A stretch of 63,790 bases of DNA, the filler included, from Chiloscyllium plagiosum (taxonomy: Eukaryota): assembly GCF_004010195.1 (NCBI RefSeq). It is 3 parts of one record of this genome, joined end to end, with 100 filler letters (N's around TTAATTAATTAA, not from the genome) between each part and the next. Parts side by side here need not be neighbours in the genome. Positions count along the whole stretch, not along the records: positions 1 to 25,741 come from NC_057713.1; 2 more parts are not named here. One strand, 5' to 3'. Below, in pieces: positions 11,401-24,345 of this stretch; the first letter of the stretch is position 1, and each line of letters begins with the position of its first letter. The notes beneath the pieces were generated by a model. It was not told the origin of the DNA and did no database searches. It was given only the letters and a program-made list of their open reading frames with translations. The position numbers and the translations under genes were made by a program.

Positions 11401-12086
11401 CTCAAAAAGAAGTAGCCTTCTGTTTCAAGTAACGGACATTTGATTTTTGGTTCACCAGCGGTTTTTCAGAGATTTCACTTATATCCATTCCAAAATTGGA
11501 CAGGTCACAACCCTACTCACAGATGCAGGACCAGGATTAGAGAATTTGACAAGACAGTCCAGCATCACAGATGTGTACATGCTGTTAGCTTTTAACAAGC
11601 CTGGGATTGACAGTGACCATAAAGGAGTTCATGACCCAGACTGTCCCACGTGCCCAAATGAAGCAAGAACACAGCAGCAAGAGGCAGCAGTTCAGACACA
11701 AGGGGAAAAATAACAGGAGAGAAATGTAAATGCTAGAATTTTGCCTGAGAGTTGGTACTTTGAACAGTGAAAGATTTTGATGGCTTGTCTGCTGTGTCAT
11801 GAGTCACTGTACATTGCACTTTTAATCAGATACTCAAATCTGATTGATCTTTCTCTTGTTAAAGTTTCAACTTCAGCAGTCTTAAACCTCACCCATGCTG
11901 GATGGATGAGAATTTCAAACCAATATCTTGGTTGGAATACAAACAGCTCTAAGTGTTTTAACGCTTGAAAATCTTGAGCCACTTATAAATTTGGAATCCA
12001 GATAATTTAAATCTGAAGTCCACAAATTTATGTTACCCCATATATAGCTTCTTGCAAACCTTGAGTTGCACCGCTGTGCAAATTGA

Positions 12087-12199
12087 GTTAGATTAGATTA
12101 GAGATTAGATTAGACACCCTACAGTGTGGAAACAGGCCCTTCGGCCCAACCAGTCCACGCCGACCCTCTAAAGAGTAACCCACCCAGATCCATTTTCCC
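12087..12199 (-). mobile_element. HE1-type SINE 3' tail fragment with (AATCT)n microsatellite tail
   Basis: (ttaga)5 followed by ccctacagtgtggaaacaggcccttcggcccaac; nearly identical to the tail at 22013-22070. Confidence 0.8.
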
Positions 12200-12292
12200 G
12201 AACTGTATATTTTTGTTTCCCCATCTTCTTCGAACTATACATTTCCGAAAGGTAGCGAGGCCAGTCACACAATACATACTGCTAAAAAAAAA

Positions 12293-13965
12293 CAGGACGT
12301 ACTGATATAATATCGTGAATGTGGTGCTGGAAAAGCACAGCTGGTTGGACCATATCCGAGGAGCAGGAGAATCGACATTTCGGGCATAAGCCCTTCATTA
12401 GGAATGGGGCTTGTGGGTCGGGGCTGAGAGGTAAATGGGAGGGGGGGTGGGGTTGGGGCGAGATAGCTGGGAAAGCGATAGGTGGATGAAGGTGAGGGAG
12501 AAGGTGATAGGTCAGAGGGGGCAGTGATGGACAGGTCCAGAGGGCAGTGCCGAATTGGAGGCTTGGGACTGGGATAATGTTGGGGGAGGGGAAATGAGGA
12601 AGCTGTTGAAATCCACATTTATCTCATGTGTTTGCTGAGTCCCAATGCAGAATATGAGGCCTTCATCCTCCAGGCATCAGGTGGTAAAGGTTTGGTGATG
12701 GAGGAGGCCCAAGACCTGCACATCCTTCACTGAGTGGGAGAGGGAGATGAAGTGTTTGGCCATGGGGCAGCGGTGTTGGTGAGTGCAGGTGTCCCAGAGA
12801 TGGTTTCTGAAATGATCCGCAAGAAGGCATCCTGTCTCCCTGATGCAGAGGAGACCACATTGGGTACAAAGGATACAGTAGATGACATCGGTAGAGGTAC
12901 AGGTAAATTTCTGATGGATGTGGAAGGATCTCTTGGGGCCTTGGATGGAGGTGAGGGGAGTGGTGTGGGCGCAGCTTTAGAACTTCCTGTGTGGGCAGGG
13001 AAAGGTGCCAGGAGTGAAGTGTGGGCTGGTGGGGGATGTGGACCTGACGAGGGAGTCGTGGAGGGAATGGTCTTTTCGGAACGCTGATAGGGGTGGGAGG
13101 GAAATATATCTTTGGTCATGGGGTCTGTTTGGAGGTGACGGAAGTGGCAGAGGATGATACATTGTATGCGGAGACACCTGGGATTTTCTAAGGTAGAAAT
13201 GGTCATCCTGGGAACAGCAGTGGTGGAATAAGGGATGGTATTTTTACAGGAGGTAGGGTGGGAGGAGGTGTAGTCTAGGTAGCTGTGGGAGTGGGTGGGC
13301 TTGTAGTAGATGTCTGTGGTTAGTCGGTCACCAGAGATAGTGATGGAGAGGTCCAGGAAGAGGAGGGATGTTGCTGAGATGGTCCAGGTGAATTTGAGGT
13401 TGGGGTGGAAAGTGTTGGTAAAGTTGATGACCGGTCCATCTCCTCGTGGGAGCACGAGGCGGTGCTGATACAGTCATCAATGTAGTGGAGGAACAGGTCG
13501 GGGGTGTTGCCAGTGTAACTGCAGAAGATGGACTATTCCACATAGCCGACAAAGAGACAGGCATAGCGGGGTCCCATGTGGGTGCCCATGGCTACCCCTT
13601 TGATTTGGAGGAAGTAGGAGGATTGGAAGGAGAAGTTGTTGAGGGTGAGGACCAGTTCAGCCAGGCGGATAAGGGTGTTGGTGGAAGGGTACTTGTTGGA
13701 ACAGCGTGAGAGGAAGAAATGGAGGCTTGGAGACCTTTGTCGTGGCGGATCGATGTGTACTAGTATAATGCAATGGTTGCGTTCCTCTAGAGAAAATCGC
13801 ACTTTGGAAAACTGCTAAAGAAAATTGCGCTGGAGAAGATCACTATAGAAAATCACTATACCTACTCAGTAGAAACTTTGCATTATCCAAACACTATCCA
13901 CAATTTGTCAATCATGTTATAGTCAATTCACTTTGATGAAATGCGTGTTATACAAAAACGACCTG
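12293..13965. mobile_element. Tc1/mariner (Tigger-like) MITE, about 230 bp, split by a PLE insertion
   Basis: Left TIR caggacgtactgatataat (12293) and right TIR whose reverse complement is caggtcgtttttgtataac, ending at 13965 and followed by TA. The body resumes at 13757. Confidence 0.6.
12312..13756 (-). mobile_element. Penelope-like retroelement, 5'-truncated (RT + GIY-YIG + terminal repeat), frameshifted
   Basis: RLAELVLTLNNFSF..QIKGVAMGTHMGPRYACLFVGYVE; FHPNLKFT..FLDL..TDIYYKPT..YLDY; GIY-YIG VIYCILCTQCGLLCIGET. Hammerhead remnant at 12375-12402. Approximate 13-bp TSD gtactgatataat/gtactagtataat. Confidence 0.92.
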
Positions 13966-14684
13966 TATCCCAAATTGCGACTAACACTGTTAAGAAGCAG
14001 GAAGTGCTGCCCAGGGATGATGATCCCTCAAGTAAGTGCTTATGGGACAAGTGCAACGTTATGCTTCAAACTTTGTGACTACTGGCCTAAAACGCCTTTA
14101 CAAATTTTTATTCCCTCATGATTGGTGCATTATAGGAATACAATTAAAATGTTCACCTCAGCTGACTTGTGGGCCACAGAATCCAATGTCCCTTAAAATT
14201 AATGAATGGAAATAAATGAAAATCAGACAAAAGGAGTGGTGACACTCTGCAATGGAATTTCTGATATATTGCTCACATTAGGATTGTGTCAGATTGAAAC
14301 TTTTTGACTTTGTAACACCTACCACAGTCTTTCCATTCTTCCCCCTGTCTGCCAACTCTGGGTGAACAGCATCTGCTGATATACAGAATGGTTGCAAAAG
14401 GAGTGCATGGTGAATAGAGTGTAAAAGTTCAGAATTTGTGAAAAGTAGGTGGTCTCTGTGAGATTATGAAGAGTAAATATCAGGATAAAATTTTGTCTAA
14501 CATTTGAATTTAATGAGAGCTCTTGCCCTACGTATTGCTATTTATTGCAGATTAATGTATTGAAAAAGATAACTTGCAAACAAAAAGTAGGCATAAAAAT
14601 CAAAACAAAGAAATGGCAGAGCAGATAGGGTGGCAAGACATAGGAGTTTGTGGACTGTGAGGTTGTCAATGCAAGCAACATTAA

Positions 14685-14790
14685 GTATCAGTTGTGAATT
14701 AGTTAGTAACACACCCACCTCTGAGTTACAAGGCTCTGGGTTCAAGTCACACACCAGGACTTCAGTACAGAATTCAAGGCTGATACTGAC
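14685..14790 (+). mobile_element. Deu-domain (SacSINE1-like) SINE 5' head
   Basis: cctctgagttacaaggctctgggttcaagtc (B box) ...aggctgatac; same family as 42765-43100. Confidence 0.55.
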
Positions 14791-15262
14791 ATCCAATTAG
14801 GCTTCTTGATTATGTACTGTGCTTGCATACTAATGTTTTGTGACTCATGCACACAAATTAACTCCCTCTGTGCCCCAGAATTCTGCAATTATTCTCCATT
14901 TAAGTAATATCTTGGTTTTTCTAATTCTTTGTGCCAAAGGGACCAATTTCTTCTTTTCCCACATTATACTTCATCTGCCAGATGTTTTCCTACTCAATCA
15001 ACTTTTCTATAACTATCTGCAATCTCCTTGTACCTTCTTTGTAAAGTATTTTCCTACCTTATTTGGTCTCATCTGCAAATTTAGAGTAAGACAACTCATT
15101 GTTGTTGTTGCAAAAAGTTGAGGCCTCAACACAGACCTACACTCATTGCATCTTGCTAATCAGACTAGGATCTAACTATGCATACTCTTTGTTTTCTGCT
15201 ATCCAGCCAAATTTCTATCCATGCCAATATGCTACCCATACACAACGAGCTTTAATTTTCCA
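14790..15262 (-). mobile_element. Old CR1 RT fragment
   Basis: Minus strand ..tggatagaaatttggctg..aaatttgcagatgagacc (KFADET) ..tggcagatgaagtataatgtggg (WQMKYNV). Confidence 0.75.
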
Positions 15263-15289
15263 CAGATTTTCAGCATAAATGATCAAAAA

Positions 15290-16026
15290 CTAAAAATAAT
15301 GAGAGTCCAAATGGACTTGAGGGTCTAGGTGCATAGATTATTGAAATGTTGTACACAAGTACAGAAATAATCAAAATGTCTAATCGAATCCTGGCCTTTA
15401 TATCTTAAAAAAAGACCAGGAATGAGAATCATGCTTCACCTTTACAAAGTTCTAGCTTGATTACACTTTGAGCAGTGTGAACAGTTCTGGGTACCACACC
15501 TTGGAAGTTGCATTAGCCTGACAGGGAGCATAGCACAAATTGATCAGAAGGATACCTGGACTGCAAGGAATAAATTAAACAGAGGATTTTGCAAAGTACA
15601 ATTTTACTTCCTAGTCTAGTCAACAAACCTACATGTTAAAGTTTTAAGTTGAGGGAAGTGGTATTTGATTGTAGGCTTCAAAATATTGGTTGGGCTGGGT
15701 AGATTAGAGAGAACCTATTGCTGATCATTCGAGAATCAATGAGTAGAAGCATGATCTAAAAACTAGAATCACACTTTGTAAGAGTGAAATTAGGAGACAT
15801 TACTTCATGTACAGGGCAGTAAGGTTTGGAACTCTCTTCTGCCAATGGCGAAATCAATTATTAATTTAAAAACTGAGATTTAATAAACTTTTTTTTAAAT
15901 TAGAGGTATTAAGAGACATGAAGCAGAGAAAAATAGATATACTTTGGTCACAAAACAAACATCATCTCAACAGCTGGTGGAGCAAGCTTGAGGAGCTAAA
16001 TATCCTACACTTGCCTCTACATTTCA
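15290..16026 (+). mobile_element. Old CR1 3' part
   Basis: ggacttgagggtctaggtgcatagatt.., cagttctgggtaccacac (QFWxPH), gagtgaaattaggagacattacttc, then a 3'UTR ending cctacacttgcctctacatttc. Confidence 0.75.
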
Positions 16027-16069
16027 ATGTCCCTACAAGGGCTAACACAGATAGATCATTTTGGAATTG

Positions 16070-16175
16070 AAACAAAAAGTTCTGGAGAAATTCAGCAGGT
16101 CTGGCACCATCTATATATAGAGAGAGAAACAGAGTTAATATTTCAAGTCCAATATGACTCTCCTTCAGAACTGAG
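16070..16175 (-). mobile_element. Penelope-like terminal fragment (family C)
   Basis: Reverse complement: ttctgaaggagagtcatattggacttgaaatattaactctg...gatggtgccagacctgctgaatttctccag. Confidence 0.6.
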
Positions 16176-16927
16176 CCCTCTAATGTCCTTTGTTTCCAAA
16201 CTTAACAAGTATAAAGCTCACTGTGGTCAAGACTAAGAGACTTACCTCATGAATGTATTTGTAATCTTACAGCAGTCATGAGCTGGCCTACCATCAGAAA
16301 ACATCGTACAAAGTAAATGTTTGCAGAGCTCTAAAAAGGCTACATTCAGTTCTGAAATGAGCGTGATTAATTAACCATTGCCCCTTCCCATTATTTCCCT
16401 TCTAATTAACTTTCTATTCTTTGAACCACGTCTTGTCAGAGGCTGTGAGGCACTTAACCCAGTTTCTGTTGCAGTTTCTCAGGAGTATTATGAAGAGCTC
16501 TGGGGGAGCTGTGAAATCCCTTTTTCCAGAAACTAGCTTCTTCAGTGAGAAATCAGTCTCAAAATGGGATGAGTGCCTATATCGTTTTGTTAAGCCTAGT
16601 CTTGAGGTTTGATACCATTACAAATGGGAGTGCCTTGAGGTGTGATTGTGGCCTCCTTACTTCTGGACCAAAAGATCAAGTCACATCTGCTTCAGAGCTG
16701 TGTCATAACCTGTCTGAACAAATTGATTCAAAATAAATAGAATAGTAGCAAGATACCCAAAAGCATCTGCTTAATCCAGACAAGAAGCCCTTTGCAAACA
16801 TTGATTTTCCAATCACAATTGCCATTTTAGGTCAGAGTGGGTCATGCTATGCATGCTTTAGACAACTTCAATGGCAATGAATTTAATGAACGTTGGCAGG
16901 GGTAAACTGAAATTAATTTTGTGGGCA

Positions 16928-17102
16928 GTCGAGAGTGTGGTGCTGGAAAAGCACAGCAGGTCATGCAGCATCCGAGGAGCAGGAGAGTCGACGTTTTGGG
17001 CAAAAGTCCTTCATCAGGTGCTCCACAGATGCTGCCTGACCTGCTGTCCTTTTCCAGCACTCTCGATTCTAATCTCCAGCATCTGCAGTCATCACTTTCA
17101 CC
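16928..17102. mobile_element. Fold-back Penelope-like mini-insertion (175 bp)
   Basis: 14-bp TSD taattttgtgggca (16914-16927 and 17103-17116); inverted arms; hammerhead remnant on the minus strand at about 16990-17017. Confidence 0.88.
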
Positions 17103-17319
17103 TAATTTTGTGGGCATCCTGCCCCAGGCCAAAAATAATCTGGCTTTCTTTAGGCCCCTCACCAGCCCAAAGTAAGTAAGGCTCAGGCCTCAAAAATGCA
17201 ACTGGCACTCTCTCACAATCTGTTGCTGCAAATGTCCAATCCAACCCAGATAGGTTTGAATCATAATATTTCTCCCGAAGATAAACTTAGTTTTCATTGC
17301 GAATAATACAAAATGTAGT

Positions 17320-17430
17320 AGGAGGACTTGTGGTACAGTAGTGGCATCTCTAACTCCGGGCCAGGAGCTCAGCATTCAAGACCCATTGGTCACAGGTGAG
17401 CTTCATCCTGCAATATAATGGACTGATGAG
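17320..17430 (+). mobile_element. Old tRNA-derived SINE head
   Basis: A-box-like tgtggtacagtagtgg and B-box-like cattcaagacc. Confidence 0.4.
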
Positions 17431-18799
17431 TGATCTGAGCATCCTTTCAATTCTGAGTACTTCCCAAAGGGGAAAAAAGTGGTTGCCTGAAAATATGCCA
17501 AGGAAAATGCAAAATGCTGATGAAGGCTGCATCTGCTTGATTCACCTTCTGCTCAGATGTGATGTTGATGATGAAACTAGTGCAAAATTGGAAATGGATG
17601 GCCCAGATTGTTTTACAATTGACTTCAATATGGAAACAAATTGTTGAATTGCTAATTCTTGTTTTGCCCAAATACTGAAGAAAAATTTCACCTTCTTCTA
17701 AACCTACAATAGTTCACTTGTGATTTTGTGTTTGGAAATATTTCTGACCATCCTCTGGGAGCACCCAAAGCATCTAATAAGAATCTCCTGACTTTTACAG
17801 ATCAGAGCAATTGCTGGAAAAATGACCACAATCATTCAAAGGTACATTTATGGGTTAATAATTCTGCTGCATAACAAGAACTTTTATATTTGAATATATT
17901 AATCTGACTTTATGTCTCCTATTAGCCTCATTTTACAGCTTCTAATAAAATGGACACAATGGACTGTATTATGTACAGAAGAAAAGGGTTTTTAAAAAAT
18001 TGTCACGCAGTACATTTCTAAATTACAAATAAAGTGATTACGTACACTGATCTGAGACTTGATATTTACATTGTACATAATTAGCACCATCTCCCTGACT
18101 CTTAATTAGAACAGCTTCCCTTGAGAAATAAAGTAATTGCTCACTTTGAAGACTTGGTACTTTTTAGATTGAGGAGTGATTAATATATTTATATTGCGAA
18201 GCTTGTTCCAATCAGTCATATTATCAAACTAATTTACCATAATTTGTTGTGAATCAACAATCGCATGGTTCTGTTTAATGTGTTGTAAGCAGTTAAAATT
18301 GAGTTGCATAATGATAACCTGCAGCAAAAATGAAAGCATCTCCACATCATAAGCATACAGATGCGATCTACCTGTAAACTTCAAATATATCAAAGATGCT
18401 GCATGATATTTTGTCAGTTTATGGAGATTGATATCAGTGAAAATTTGTATAAATACACTGGAGATTAAAATCTTAAATAAAACAAAAGATATGTATCAAT
18501 TAATTTTGCAAGTAGATTTGTATATATTTAAATAATGGGTATACTTAAACAATGGGTGTCTGCAAAGTTGCAGCACTGCATGAAACCTTACATTTTCAGA
18601 TTGCCTGAGTTCTCAGCTTTTAAAAAAGATATGTGTCTTAGCAGGTAAAGAACTGCAGAAAACAATAGTCATTTATTTCCCTTTGAACAAACTCAGCTTT
18701 CCTGTCCAGAACTGTTATTCCTTGCTCCACTGACTACTGCTGGTGCCATAGAATTCCCTTTCATCAGTTTCTTTCCTTCAGTCATTCCTTCCAAGTGCC

Positions 18800-19095
18800 A
18801 GAGATGCCAGCAATGTCATTTCCAGTTGGTAATCAGGATCAATTGCAAATGAGGGGTGCTGGAACAAAATCTATTTGATCGAATTGCCTGACCTTCGTGT
18901 GGCGCAAATGTTAGCTGCTCCTTTTTCAACCTAAGCCTCGATATTATCCAGGTCTTGCCACATTTGGACATGGGATGCCTCAGAATCTGAAGAATTGCAA
19001 ATTGTGTTGAACATGGTGCAATTATTAGTAAATAACCCCACTTCTGACCTTATGATGGAGGGAAGATCATTGTGAAGCAGTTGAAGTTGATTAGA
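18800..19095 (-). mobile_element. Second CR1/L2-group LINE family, RT fragment
   Basis: cccacttctgaccttatgatggagggaagatcattgtgaagcag is the reverse complement of (F)NDLPSIIRSEVG; homologous to 21960-22410 and 36100-36250. Confidence 0.7.
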
Positions 19096-19299
19096 TACAT
19101 GATGTCAATAATTATCCACAGTGCTGCAGTTTAAGATCGATTATGTATATTTGTATCAGTTGTTGGAAATGTTGAAAGCTCACTATTCAATGCAGAACAT
19201 AAAATTTCAGTTGCTATTATTTTATTAATTTTTTAAAATGTTTAAAGACTTTGTGCAGAGATTGAATGTATGCTTATAGATTGCTAATAGATTTTTGAT

Positions 19300-20165
19300 G
19301 GAGATTCAGGTGATAGTTCATAATGCACTACTATTGGACTAATGCACTACTACAGTTCAGGAACTTTGGTTACAAAGTAGCGAAGAATTGATCTTTTTTC
19401 CATCTTTAAAGATCAGGACGTTATTTTGAACAGTGAATTTAAAAACAGCATTTCCAAGAAATCATGTGACTTTTGAAAAAGGAACAGCATGTTTCTTAAC
19501 TAGGCTACTTGTTAATGACAAGTGTGCTTTCTTACTTGAGGGAGAGTAAGAGACAGAAAGGGCCTGAAAGCAGGTTCGTTCAGGCGTAAGCAAGTTCATT
19601 CAAACCAAAACATGTTGCTTCTGAGAGAAAATGTTCATAACAGCAAAATGGCTGTTAACTTAGCAGTTTCCTAAACAGTCAAGGCAGAAAGGAAATTGCA
19701 TAGAAGAAAACCTCTGAAGCAGAAGGCTGTGGTGGTTTCAGGGAAGAAAGCATCCTGTGAAGATGTTGGAGGTAGAAGTTTATACATCCCACAACCAGTA
19801 GTGGCATTGAACTGAATTATCAGATTGTTGGAACAAGCAAATTTAGCCTGGAGGTGGTGATGACTGTTCATTAATGTTTGAGTGTCTGCAAAGTTATTGT
19901 TGAAATACAAGGGTTGAATTGTTCTGATATTTGCAATGAATCCATTCCAATAGATCTTGTAAAATAGAGTCGAGGTTGTGCTTTTTCTCCATTTTGTGGA
20001 ATAACTTTAATATTCCTTTGTTAAATGTACATTGGTAGCCTCTTGCAAATTTATTAAGTTACTACCCCATGCAGTAAACAGAGAAAAGTAAAACTTATAA
20101 TCTAACAAATCAGGCATCACACTGGGATCTGACTCTACCAGTATTACAGTCAGATGGGATCAGTG
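19300..20165 (+). mobile_element. Putative solo LTR
   Basis: The 3' end ctgggatctgactctaccagtattacagtcagatgggatc resembles the end of the 45380-46256 element. Non-coding; left boundary uncertain. Confidence 0.4.
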
Positions 20166-21829
20166 AATGCTGATCAAGCTTACGCATGAGCCCACCATGG
20201 TCCAGTACTCTATTAATATGGTTGTTATCTGTGATATTGTGACTCAAAGTAGAGACAGTGCTTAGAAAAGAGAATAAAAGCAAAATTTAAACAAAGTTAA
20301 GTTTAATTAACTACATTAAGAAGAAATGGAAATGGAAATATTTCCAAGTAGATTTAAAATCAGTGATGGACCAAACAGAATACAGAACTGGACATCTTGG
20401 AGGAGACAGTTCTTAAGATACTGAATTGCCTCAACAAGCTCATACAGTATTGTATTAAATAGGTACTATAGGGGATGATGTTGTTAATTGCCAAAATAGT
20501 AAAGAAAATACAGATATTTTGCTGAAAAGTTTAAAAGCCTCTTATGATCACTTCAGTAGGAAAGGAAAATCTTGAATGAGTGAAATGTGACAGGGAAAGT
20601 TAGCATCCAGTGGACTCGTGACCTCAACAGTTTAATAGAAAACTCTGACCGTGCATCTTTGACATCAGAATTCACTACAGTTAGAATTATGGTTAGAAGT
20701 CTTGATGAATCTTCGTCAGATTTCTTGTAATCCAAGGAAGATTTAATATTGAAGAAAGCAACTTACATTGCAGTGAAAATAGAAACCAGAAAGTTATACA
20801 GGCAGATCCTGAGAAGAAAAGAACAACCCTACTTTAGGAGAGCAAATATAAACTTATTCACTTTTTAAGTTAAGGATAGTCAGAAGAGGCATATGGCAAA
20901 CCAACACAAACAATAAGCCAACAGCAGATGTGAAAAATCAGTGTCAGCAACTAGGGAAAGTAAGCCCTTACAACAAAGACAATTAACAGCCATGACAAAA
21001 GAATGCGGCATCTGTAAGACTGCAGGTCACTTTCACAAGGAGTGCGGAAGCAGAAGACAGTAAAAGAGCAGCAAAAAAGCAGGCGACACAGCAAAAGCTA
21101 CATATGGTCAAGAATCTCCTCTAGAACAGATAACTGAGGTACTCACAGAGGGAAATGTGTGATTCCAACACCTCAGTCTTCTTGTCTAAGTCAAGGGAAA
21201 TTCTGTTATTTTTAAGCTGGAAACAAGTGAGAGTGTTACTATGCTATCTGACCAAATACTGTGGCTCAAGAATCAGAAGTTACAGATGATACTACATGGA
21301 ATAACTGTGAAGAGCATAGGAATACTGCAAGTAATGTTGAAAAACAAAAGGCATTTCAGAATGAAAATAAGTTGAAAATGTGTCTAGTAATCCACAATCA
21401 ACATTCCTCACTTTTGAACCTCAATATTTTTTATTCACTGACAGGATGTGGGCATTGCCAGCTGGGCTAGCATTTATTGCCCATCCTTAGTTGTCATTGA
21501 TAAAATGTCGGTAAGCTGCTTTCTTGAACTGCTATTGTCCATGCAATATTGGTAGACTCACAATGCCCTGAGATAGGGACCTCTGACGTGCTCTTGCAGC
21601 CAATCTATTTATATGGTAAATCCAACTGAGTTTCTCATCAATGGCAGCCTCCAGAATATTGATAGGGGGAATTTCAGTGACAGTAACACTATTGAATATC
21701 AAGTAGTGGTAATTAGAGGTTGTCTTAAAATTTGTTGTCATTGCCTTGCATTTGCATTGTGTGAATGTTAGATGTCACTTGTTAGCCCAAGCCTGGATAT
21801 TGTCCAGATCTTGTTGTATTTGAACATGG

Positions 21830-21950
21830 TAAAAACAATAACAGCAGATGCTGGAAACCAGATTCTGGATCAGTGGTGCTAAGAGCACAGCAATTCGCTG
21901 CTCGTTGGATGCTGCCTGAATTGCTGTGCTCTTCCAGCACCACTGATCCA
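21830..21950. mobile_element. Fold-back Penelope-like mini-insertion (121 bp)
   Basis: 14-bp TSD gtatttgaacatgg (21816-21829 and 21951-21964); inverted arms tggatcagtggtgct...agcaccactgatcca. Confidence 0.88.
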
Positions 21951-22012
21951 GTATTTGAACATGGACTGCTTCTATATTTGAGGAGTCGCAAATGGTGCTG
22001 AACATTATGCAA

Positions 22013-22338
22013 TTAGATTAGATTAGATTAGATTCCCTACAGTGTGGAAACGGGCCCTTCGGCCCAAGAAGTCCACACCGCGCTCCGAGGAGTAACCTAC
22101 CCAGACCCATTTCCCTCTGACTAATGCACCTAACACTATGGGCAATTTAGCGTGGCCAATTCACTTAACTAAACATCTTCGGACTATGAGAGGAAACCAG
22201 AGCACCTGGAGGAAACCTACACAGACAGAGGGAGAATGTACAAACTCCACACAGACTATTGCCCGAGGCTGGAATCGAACCCCAGTCCCTGGTGCTGTGA
22301 GGCAGCAGTGCTAACCACTGAGCCACCATGCCGCCCCA
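22013..22338 (-). mobile_element. HE1-type V-SINE, full length
   Basis: Reverse complement: ggggcggcatggtggctcagtggttagcactgctgcctcacag (A box), ggttcgattcc (B box), V-domain tgtggagtttgtacattctccc, CR1-like tail and (aatct)n. Confidence 0.92.
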
Positions 22339-23339
22339 ATCATCAGCGACGATCCCCACTTCTGACCGCATGATGGAGGAAAGGTCATTGATCAAGCAGC
22401 TGAAGCTGGTTCATTTCCAAAGTGGAGATGGGCAGCAGACAACACTATGGAAGCCAGACCACAAATTCAGGACATTGTCAAAAAGAAGAAATTGCTTGGC
22501 CTGAATACTCAGGGATTACAAACAAAGAGAATTTCTATTTAAAGAAAAACAGCATTTGCCACATCTAGAAATCCAGAATACAGCAAGAAAGAAAGTATAT
22601 GCCTCAACAGAGCAATCATCCTCCATGATTGTCATTCAAAAAATTACATGTCATGCAAATGATGTCTTGGGAAACTACATAAGTCAATTAGGAACAGCTC
22701 AGATGATTAAAGATCCTCCAGAGAAAATAATGGACCTATGACCGGGTTTACTCGGAATAATGTCCAAGAGATAAATCATCCTCCAATGGAGAATTGGCAT
22801 ATAGAATTTCAGAACATCAACAGGCATCAAACAAAAGGTTTATCATTCTTCCAAGTCTGAAGAGAGTGCATTCTAAGCAAAGTGTGAAACATCCAAACTG
22901 CTTGCATTTGTGAATTCAGAGACTAAATGTAAAAATAATTATACATATGAAAAGTTACATTTTGGGAGGGGGATGCAGGAGAAGCCTGCTGTGGGGAGAT
23001 ATTGTGTGGAATAATGGTTCTATAGGAGGTAATGTTGATATTGCACCAACCATTACCCAATCTAATGACGTCATGCAGTATTTGGTGGAGGCAGTTTTGA
23101 ATTTCCAAGAGGAGCAGATGTGTTCTGCACAACACGTAATAATCCTAAATAATTATGCCTAAAATGTTAATGTAAACTATCTATTGCTATCATGCAATAA
23201 AGTATTTCGTTAACTAAGACAAGTTCCTTATCAGTTAAGATTTACCAGTGGTCTATCTTATATTGCTGATTAGTAGACTGACCCAAGAGTCAGCTTAGAG
23301 AAAGGAGGATTGGTGAAAACAAACAACCCAAATCAAAAT

Positions 23340-24345
23340 ATTACCAGCAGCCCTTACTCAACAATAACTCAAATGTACAGTTTGGATTATGTCAGCATTA
23401 CTTGGCTCCTGATTTCATCACAGCTTTGCTGCAAACATAGGCAAAAGAGTTGACTTAAAGACGTGGGGTCAGAATGACTGCCCTGACATCAAGTCCATTT
23501 TGACTTAATGTAGCAGCAAGGAGCTTGAGCAAAACTGAAGTCATTAGGAATTTTGGGTAAACAGTTTACTGGTTAGCATCACACCTCATAGAAAGGAAGG
23601 TTCCATTTCAGTCCCTGAAGGAATTCTTCAAGGTAATGGCTAAACCTTCGTCAGCTGCTTCATCAATGGCCTTCCCACAATCTTCAAATCAGAGTTTAGA
23701 ATATTTATTGATGGTTGCACAATATTCAGTGCCATTTGTAACTCCTCAAACACTGAAGCAGTCTAGTTCCACTTACTGGAAGATCTGGGCCTCGTTTAAG
23801 TATGGTCTGATGCATTAATTTACACATATGTGTCTCCTCCAACTAAAGAGAACCTAATCATCTCAGCTTGATGCTCAATGACATTATCATTATTACATTT
23901 TCCATGGTTAATATCATGGGTGTTATCTTTGACCTTAAAATGAATTGGACCTGCCATATAACTCCCTAACGAGTGTCAACTCTCCACAAGCCATTGTTAA
24001 GAGTTGTACTGGAATATTCTCTATTTACCTAAATGCGTGCAATTTTAGTAACATTCAATGTCATCCTGGACAAAGCAGACCTTCTGAGCAGCAATCTATT
24101 CAACACCTTCATCATTTACACCATCCACCACCCACACACACTGTATATTACCAAGAAGATTCACTACAGCAACTCACCAAAGTTCCTTCCACATCTACCA
24201 AATCAATCATTTCGAATACCTAGAAGGACAAGGGTAACAAATGCCTGGGAATACCACTTGATTAAATTTTCCTCCAAGTCACACTTGGAAATGTACCTCC
24301 TACCGTCAGTAGGTCACAATCTTAGAGTGCTATCCTGAAAAGCAG
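23340..24345 (+). mobile_element. Second CR1/L2-group LINE, old RT-to-3' fragment
   Basis: agaatgactgccctgacatcaag (TALDIK), ttcatcaatggccttccc, ggacaagggtaacaaatgcctgggaataccac. Confidence 0.7.

Larger units (their letters stand above)
21425..22410 (-). mobile_element. Second CR1/L2-group LINE, 3' part (hosts a PLE and an HE1 insertion)
   Basis: MINDLSSIMRSEVGIVADD, MFSTICDSSNIEAVHVQIQQDLDNIQAWA, IDEKLSW; 3' tail (rc) gatgggcaataaatgctagcccagc...gaataaaaaa. Confidence 0.8.
20340..23320 (+). mobile_element. Gypsy/Ty3 LTR retrotransposon relic (gag-pro, then 3' region and PPT), interrupted at about 21425-22410
   Basis: NWTSWRRQFLRY; SKEDLILKKA; perfect CCHC knuckle CGICKTAGHFHKEC at 21004-21045; protease-like VKGNSVIFKLETSESVTMLS at about 21190-21250; purine tract gggaggggga at 22964-22973 followed by TG. 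Confidence 0.75.

Noticed and set aside
17396..17841. Several 60-85 aa ORFs and a short AG/GT segment in unique sequence
   Set aside because: No consistent frame, motif or strong splice pair; indistinguishable from chance.
22260..22338. tRNA-like A/B boxes (also at 32.7, 44.6 and 60.1 kb)
   Set aside because: They are heads of HE1-type SINEs continuing into the V-domain, not tRNA genes.
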